DNA of 64,000 nucleotides, taken from Campylobacterales bacterium. Lineage in GTDB: Bacteria; Campylobacterota; Campylobacteria; Campylobacterales; Sulfurimonadaceae. Below, piece by piece: positions 58,379 to 64,000 of this stretch. The position numbers and the translations under genes are program-made. Each line of letters opens with the position of its first letter. The stretch's first letter is position 1. The stretch lies in assembly GCA_026390165.1 (NCBI GenBank), contig JAPLGM010000025.1:29768-93767 (forward strand), in the 5' to 3' direction. Under the pieces are notes generated by a model that was not told the origin of the DNA, did not search any database, and worked only from the letters and a program-made list of their open reading frames with translations.

Positions 58379-58394
58379 GAGAACATCTTTTGCA
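58379..58394 (+). promoter_or_regulatory. Variant -24/-12 promoter of nifU
   Basis: GAGAAC-ATCTT-TTGCA. The -12 C is 39 nt upstream of ATG 58432. Confidence 0.55.
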
Positions 58395-58431
58395 TTCGTT
58401 GGAGAATATCATCCATCACAAGGAGCAATCA

Positions 58432-59409
58432 ATGGCACGAGATACATTAATCGGCGGAGCATTATGGGAGGAATATTCTCTTGAAGTACAACGACGGATG
58501 AATGATCCGATCAATATGGGGGAGATTACCCAAGAAGAGGCCGATGCGGCAGAGAAACAATTAATAATTGCCGATTTTGGCGCAGAGAGTTGTGGAGATG
58601 CCGTGCGTCTTTATTGGATGATCGATCCTAAAAATGACATGATCATTAAAAGCCGATTCAAAAGTTTCGGCTGCGGAACGGCGATTGCCAGCTCTGATAT
58701 GATGGCAGAATTGTGTATGGATAAAACGGTCGATGAGGCACTCAAAATCACCAATATCGATGTTGAAAAAGCACTCCGTGATGAGGAAGATATTCCCGCT
58801 GTTCCAGGGCAAAAAATGCACTGTTCGGTTATGGCGTACGACGTTATCAAAAAAGCGGCATCTATCTATAAAGGGGTAGATATGTCGGAGTTTGAGACAG
58901 AATTTATCGTCTGCGAATGTGCCCGCGTTAGCCTCGATACCCTCAAAGAGGTGATTCGTCTCAATAAGCTTGAAACGATTGAAGCCATCACCGATTACAC
59001 CAAAGCAGGTGGCTTTTGTAAATCGTGTATCAAACCCGGCGGTCATGAGAAAAAAGATGTTTACCTTATCGATATGTTGGCGGAAGTGACAGCGGAACTA
59101 CAAAAAGAGGCGATTAGCAAAAAGATCAAAGAGGCGAAAGGGGATGGAAATTTCAATGCAATGAGTCTCGTTCAAAAGCTCCGCAGTATCGAATCCATTC
59201 TCGAAGAGTACATTCGCCCGACCCTCAAAGCCGATCACGGTGATGTCGAAGTGATTGATCTTAAAGAGGTCGAAGATGGGCATGAACTTTATATCCAGTA
59301 TAAGGGGGAGTGTATGAGTTGTTCGATGAACACAACGACAACCTTAGCGGGGATGCAGGATATGCTGAACTTTAAACTCAAATCAAATCTTCGTGTGATG
59401 GTTGTCTAA
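58432..59409 (+). CDS. nifU: Three-domain Fe-S scaffold NifU
   Basis: SCGD, FGCG, KMHC, central CECA...CKSC and C-terminal Nfu CMSC. ATG 58432 follows RBS AAGGAG. Confidence 0.93.
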   Translation: MARDTLIGGALWEEYSLEVQRRMNDPINMGEITQEEADAAEKQLIIADFGAESCGDAVRLYWMIDPKNDMIIKSRFKSFGCGTAIASSDMMAELCMDKTVDEALKITNIDVEKALRDEEDIPAVPGQKMHCSVMAYDVIKKAASIYKGVDMSEFETEFIVCECARVSLDTLKEVIRLNKLETIEAITDYTKAGGFCKSCIKPGGHEKKDVYLIDMLAEVTAELQKEAISKKIKEAKGDGNFNAMSLVQKLRSIESILEEYIRPTLKADHGDVEVIDLKEVEDGHELYIQYKGECMSCSMNTTTTLAGMQDMLNFKLKSNLRVMVV

Positions 59410-60530
59410 TGTCATACGCAACCAAAGAGGGAACGTTTGGGTATCTCAAAAAATTCGGAAAATATTCAAAAGATTTTTACCGCTTTAACGGAGAACTCTT
59501 TTTTCCCTCGCTTGGAATCGGAACGTATAAAGCCGAACCGTACAAAGAGGAAAATTATATTATCAACTATTCCGAGGCAATTAAAACAGCACTTCGTAAC
59601 GGTATCCATTTTATCGATACGGCGATCAATTACCGCTATCAGATGTCTGAGAGAGAAATTGGTGAAGCCTTATTCGAGATGATGGAGTCGGGAGAGATAA
59701 AACGTGAAGAGGTGATTATCGCTTCCAAAGCTGGATTTATACCTCTGGATTTCCCATTTCCTGAGAATCCGTACGGTTGGATACAAGAAAATATGATTAC
59801 GGCTGGATTGGCGGACAAAGAGGAGATTGTTATTGATCAGCACTGCATGACCCCTGCGTATTTGCGCTGGAGCTGTGAGCAGTCATTGAAAAATCTCTCA
59901 CTCGATACCATAGATATTTTCTTTCTTCATAATCCCGAAACACAACTTGGATATGTTGAGCATGAGGAGTTTTATGCTCGGATTGAAGCGGCATTTGAAC
60001 TTTTCGAACAATTACGCGCTGAGGGGAAAATTGTTGCTTACGGTATTGCCGCATGGAACGGTTTTTTGTACGAAGAGGAGCATACGGAGTACATTTCTCT
60101 CTCAAAAGTGATGGAGATTGCACGACGTATTGGAGGGGAGCACCATGGGTTTAAATACCTCCAAAGCCCATTTAATATGGCAAAACCTCATGCCTACGGT
60201 TATGCCAATCAGCAAGGTGAAGATGGGAGGTATTACCCTCTAATGCACGCATGTACACAGTTTGGTTTGAGTTATTTAGGCTCATCACCGCTGTTGCAGA
60301 AAAATCTTTTCAAACGCCCGTTTAGTCCTAAAATCGGGGAACTAATGAATACCGTTGAACTTACGGATGTGGCGAGTGCCTTGCAGTTTGCTCGAAGTGC
60401 GGGAGCGATTACGGCGATTTTTGGTGCGGTTACTCCTGCACACATTATTGATAATACGATTTTGGCGTATCTTCCTACTGCTTCGGACGAAGCCATGAAT
60501 ATCTTGATGAGAGATAGTTATGCTGTATGA
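59409..60530 (+). CDS. Aldo/keto reductase
   Basis: LGIGTY, IDTAINYR, IASKAG, SLKNLSLDTIDIFFLHNP motifs. Confidence 0.88.
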   Translation: MSYATKEGTFGYLKKFGKYSKDFYRFNGELFFPSLGIGTYKAEPYKEENYIINYSEAIKTALRNGIHFIDTAINYRYQMSEREIGEALFEMMESGEIKREEVIIASKAGFIPLDFPFPENPYGWIQENMITAGLADKEEIVIDQHCMTPAYLRWSCEQSLKNLSLDTIDIFFLHNPETQLGYVEHEEFYARIEAAFELFEQLRAEGKIVAYGIAAWNGFLYEEEHTEYISLSKVMEIARRIGGEHHGFKYLQSPFNMAKPHAYGYANQQGEDGRYYPLMHACTQFGLSYLGSSPLLQKNLFKRPFSPKIGELMNTVELTDVASALQFARSAGAITAIFGAVTPAHIIDNTILAYLPTASDEAMNILMRDSYAV

Positions 60531-62178
60531 TGTAATTGTCGTTGGAAGTGGAATATCGGGACTTTTTGCGGCACTTACTGCACGGCGATCTGGGCTTAGT
60601 GTCGCGATTATTTGTAAAAGTACACCGTTTCGTTCCAATTCTGCTGTTGCATCAGGGGGGATTAATGCGGTACTTAAAACCACCCCGTATGACACGATAC
60701 GAGATCATATTGCCGATACGTTAAATGGAGCGGATAATCTGGGACGATTTTCGGCGGTGAGTTCAATGGTTGTTGGAGCAGAAGAGATTATCGAGGATCT
60801 TCAACACATGGGTGTTGTGTTTGATACACAGGAAAACGGTTCGATTGCACAGCGCCCCTTTGGAGGAACGAAGGCAAAGCGTACCTGTTATATCGCCGAT
60901 AAAACAGGAGCCTCGATTACCCAAACTCTTTTTGCGCAATGTCGAAAAGAGGGGGTTAAAATTTTCTCCAATCATTTGGTGTTGAGTATCGCTACGTATA
61001 ACGAGAAGCTTTCGGGGATTACGATGCTTCGCCGCCGCGATTCTGCGGTGATCGCATTCGCCTGTAAATCGCTGGTTCTAGCCGGCGGTGGGTATGCAGG
61101 GATTTATCGGGGACATTCGACTAATTCACAAGAATCGAGTGGAGATTTGATCGCGATCGCGCTACGAGCCAAAATGCGTCTTGTTAATATGGAGTTTGTT
61201 CAGTTTCATCCGACCACGTTGCTCAATAGCGGAACACTTATCAGTGAAGCGGCACGGGGTGAGGGGGCCACGATTGTGGATGAAAATGGGTGGCGATTCA
61301 CCGATGAGCTTCAAACGAGAGATAAACTTTCTCGGGATATTGCTGTACATCAGGCAGCTGGACATAAAGTGTATCTTGATTTTCGCCATTTGGGTGAAGA
61401 GCTAATCGATAAAAAACTCCCCTCTGCCCGTAAACATGCACTAAACGGTGCCGGAATTGATATATGTACGGAATTACTCCCCATTACCCCTTCGGCGCAC
61501 TACACTATGGGGGGGATTTGGTCTCGTGATGATACCTCTACCGATATGGATAATGTTTTTGTGTGCGGAGAGTGTGCCTACAGCGGTGTCCATGGGGCTA
61601 ATCGTCTTGGGGGTAACAGTTTGCTTGAAGGGGCATATTTTGGGAAGGTTGCGGGAATCAATGCTGCAAAAGCTGCCAAAAAAGGGAAGTTCCAGCCGAT
61701 TGATTATGCCCAAGTCGCCAAAGAGTTACGTTATATCGATACGATTATAGAAGGGGAAAATCGCTTTAATATCAATACGATGCGACGGAATCTTGGCAAT
61801 ATACTCTATAAAAATGTAGGTATCTTTCGACATCATGATTCCTTGGTGGGAGCACTTGAATATATCCATTATTTGATGAAATTATCATCGGGGCTATGTT
61901 GTGTCAATAAAGAGCGTAACAATAATGTTGAATTGATGTCGATCATCGAATTTCGAAACTCGTTGACAGTAGCCGAGGCTATGGTGATGTCTGCATTGGC
62001 ACGTGAAGAGAGTCGAGGGAGCCATTATCGGGATGATTTCCCTACCAAGAATGACAAAGAGTACAAGGTAAATACAATCATACGACGACTGTCGGGTACC
62101 TTCTTACGTATCAGTTTTGAAGGTCATCTCGTATCAGACTGGTGGCATCGGATTCGGAAGTTTTTTCACGCACAGTAA
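60520..62178 (+). CDS. SdhA/FrdA/NadB-family flavoprotein with no adjacent Fe-S or membrane subunits
   Basis: GSGISG, QFHPT, SEAARGEG, TRD, HYTMGG, GANRLGGNSL and REESRGSHYR motifs. The covalent-FAD His position reads RSNS. Confidence 0.85.
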   Translation: MLYDVIVVGSGISGLFAALTARRSGLSVAIICKSTPFRSNSAVASGGINAVLKTTPYDTIRDHIADTLNGADNLGRFSAVSSMVVGAEEIIEDLQHMGVVFDTQENGSIAQRPFGGTKAKRTCYIADKTGASITQTLFAQCRKEGVKIFSNHLVLSIATYNEKLSGITMLRRRDSAVIAFACKSLVLAGGGYAGIYRGHSTNSQESSGDLIAIALRAKMRLVNMEFVQFHPTTLLNSGTLISEAARGEGATIVDENGWRFTDELQTRDKLSRDIAVHQAAGHKVYLDFRHLGEELIDKKLPSARKHALNGAGIDICTELLPITPSAHYTMGGIWSRDDTSTDMDNVFVCGECAYSGVHGANRLGGNSLLEGAYFGKVAGINAAKAAKKGKFQPIDYAQVAKELRYIDTIIEGENRFNINTMRRNLGNILYKNVGIFRHHDSLVGALEYIHYLMKLSSGLCCVNKERNNNVELMSIIEFRNSLTVAEAMVMSALAREESRGSHYRDDFPTKNDKEYKVNTIIRRLSGTFLRISFEGHLVSDWWHRIRKFFHAQ

Positions 62179-62222
62179 GAGCGATGAATTTTATAGAAAG
62201 TTAGTTAATCAAAGGAGCTATT

Positions 62223-62435
62223 ATGGCAAAAGTTATGTTGCGTTATGATTCAAAAAAAGAAATTTCATTTTATTTTGCAAAAAAAGATATGGAAGAGACC
62301 ATTGTAAAAGTAGAGTTTGATACCGATGAAAAATGGGGCGGTGAAGTAGAACTCAGTAATGGAGAGAAATGGTTTATTGAGCCTGCGGCTAAGAAATTTC
62401 CTTCAGAGATGGTAGCTAAACGGTTAGGGGATTGA
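62223..62435 (+). CDS. nifT: NifT/FixU
   Basis: YFAKKDMEE.IV...WGGEVELSNG pattern, 70 aa. Confidence 0.9.
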   Translation: MAKVMLRYDSKKEISFYFAKKDMEETIVKVEFDTDEKWGGEVELSNGEKWFIEPAAKKFPSEMVAKRLGD

Positions 62436-62768
62436 TAATTGAATTTATGAGTAAAATCAGAGATGTGTATTAATCCAATTTATACCACGAATGACCAACT
62501 TATAGTGGCATTATCCTACAACCTTTATTAAATTTAAAATAAGGATTGTAGGATGAGTTTTGACTCTGATAAAAAAATATGGTTACGCCTTGCTACAGTA
62601 AGAAATATTCTCAACCAATAATCCAAACTTAAACTCTTTCCTTATAGCTAAATAAAATAATTATTTTAGTATTTAGTATGTAAAATTTTGTAAACTCATT
62701 ATGATTAGTATAAAAATCTTTTTTTTTGTTTTGAGTTGAAAAAAGATCACAAAAAAGGATTTTAAATC

Positions 62769-64000
62769 ATGAAGAATATGACTATTAAAGCAAAGCTTTA
62801 TTTGGTACCCATAGCATTGTTGTGTGTTTTTATCATTACGTATCTTATTTATTCCAATAAACATGCATCGGCCGAAGCTGCCATGGAACGATCTATTGAA
62901 GCCAAAGATGCAGTCAATGAATTTTTAAATACGCGGATATCAGTGTATCAATTCTTAAAAGAACCTTCGGAAGAAACTTTTTCAAAAGTTAATACCAAAC
63001 TTGAGAATAACCATAAATCAATAACAGAATTAAAAGAAAAATTGTCGTTAAAAGAAAATAAAGAGAGATGTGATGTAGCGTTATCACTTCTTCATGAGTA
63101 TAAAGCAGAGTTTGATTCTAAATCTAAAGAGATAATAGAATCCGATATTTCAAATCGAAATAGTATTGATTTAAGTAAATTTGTAGCTATTGGTACAGAG
63201 CTTCAGAAGAGCTTGGAAAAAACATCTCTCAGTGCGGTTGAATTGAGTAAAGATTCTGTTAGTTTCATCAGCACTTTACTCACTTTTTGTTTTGTATTTG
63301 CATTAGTCTTAGTCTTCATCATTAATCTTTTAGTTACTCAAGAAATTACTGGATCAATAGCATTATTGCAAACTAAAATCAAAGATTTTGTGGAGACTAA
63401 AAATTTAAAAATACGCCTATCCTACGATCGGAATGATGAAATTAAGGTTATTATCACTAGCTTTAATATCTTACTGGAAACACTGGAGTATACAATAGAG
63501 GAATCGAAAAATTCTGCTAATGAGAATGCTTCTGTTTCAAGTGAGCTTAGAACGACTAGTATACAAATTGGTCATAACGCTGAGAATACTATGGGGATTG
63601 TTGAAGAAACAATCAATGAAATATATCAAATGAAAGAATTTATTGAATCAAGCGTAGTGCTTTCAGAGCAAACAAGAGAAAGCATTCACGTTGCAGGCGA
63701 AAAACTTCATGAGATGGTAAGTGATATGCAGCAATTAAAATCAGATGTTACCAATGCCAGTGAGCTTGAGGCTGGTCTTGCAAGTAAATTAGAACATATG
63801 AGTAGAGAAGCTACTCAAGTAAAACAAATTTTAGTTGTTATTAGTGATATTGCAGATCAAACAAATCTTTTAGCGCTTAATGCTGCAATTGAAGCTGCCC
63901 GTGCCGGTGAACATGGCAGAGGATTTGCTGTTGTAGCGGATGAAGTTAGAAAATTAGCAGAACGAACACAAAAAAGTTTAACTGAAATCAATGCAACAAT
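62769..64000 (+). CDS. Methyl-accepting chemotaxis protein (3' truncated by window edge)
   Basis: Not in the ORF track because it has no stop. Read by hand from ATG 62769 after AAGGA: two TMs, HAMP domain and [41 protein letters not shown]. Confidence 0.92.
   Translation, partial: MKNMTIKAKLYLVPIALLCVFIITYLIYSNKHASAEAAMERSIEAKDAVNEFLNTRISVYQFLKEPSEETFSKVNTKLENNHKSITELKEKLSLKENKERCDVALSLLHEYKAEFDSKSKEIIESDISNRNSIDLSKFVAIGTELQKSLEKTSLSAVELSKDSVSFISTLLTFCFVFALVLVFIINLLVTQEITGSIALLQTKIKDFVETKNLKIRLSYDRNDEIKVIITSFNILLETLEYTIEESKNSANENASVSSELRTTSIQIGHNAENTMGIVEETINEIYQMKEFIESSVVLSEQTRESIHVAGEKLHEMVSDMQQLKSDVTNASELEAGLASKLEHMSREATQVKQILVVISDIADQTNLLALNAAIEAARAGEHGRGFAVVADEVRKLAERTQKSLTEINAT

Overview
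64 kb of a Campylobacterota (epsilonproteobacterial) chromosome, probably Sulfuricurvum-like. This assignment is inferred from gene content, the long FlgL, short HisG and TATAAT-only promoters. The first 40 kb hold housekeeping, sulfur-oxidation and signalling genes: a split RND permease, lpxB, an FccB-Rieske-cytochrome c'-porin module, a c-di-GMP enzyme, ppsA, ycaO, an ABC exporter, coaX-hisG, gap-pgi, dbpA, acnB, ftsK and flgL. The last 24 kb are part of a nitrogen-fixation island: nifE, then three unrelated genes, nifN-nifX-DUF269-flavodoxin-nifW-nifZ, two [2Fe-2S] ferredoxins (one resembling FeSII), rpoN, an operon encoding a P-II-like protein, two hybrid kinases and a diguanylate cyclase, then nifU-AKR-flavoprotein-nifT and a partial MCP. 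The best candidate for an undescribed system is a nif-embedded sigma54 with an altered RpoN box (VRRLIAKYRQ). Five transcription-unit starts in the island carry correctly spaced -24/-12-like promoters that all lack the canonical -25 G, with the -12 C 28-39 nt upstream of the start codon. The adjacent flagellar gene flgL keeps a canonical TGGAAC-N5-TTGCT promoter. This suggests an orthogonal, nif-dedicated sigma54 regulon that also covers a P-II/c-di-GMP signalling operon. No rRNA, tRNA, CRISPR array or transposase was recognised. nifHDK, nifB, nifS and a sigma54 activator are not in the window.
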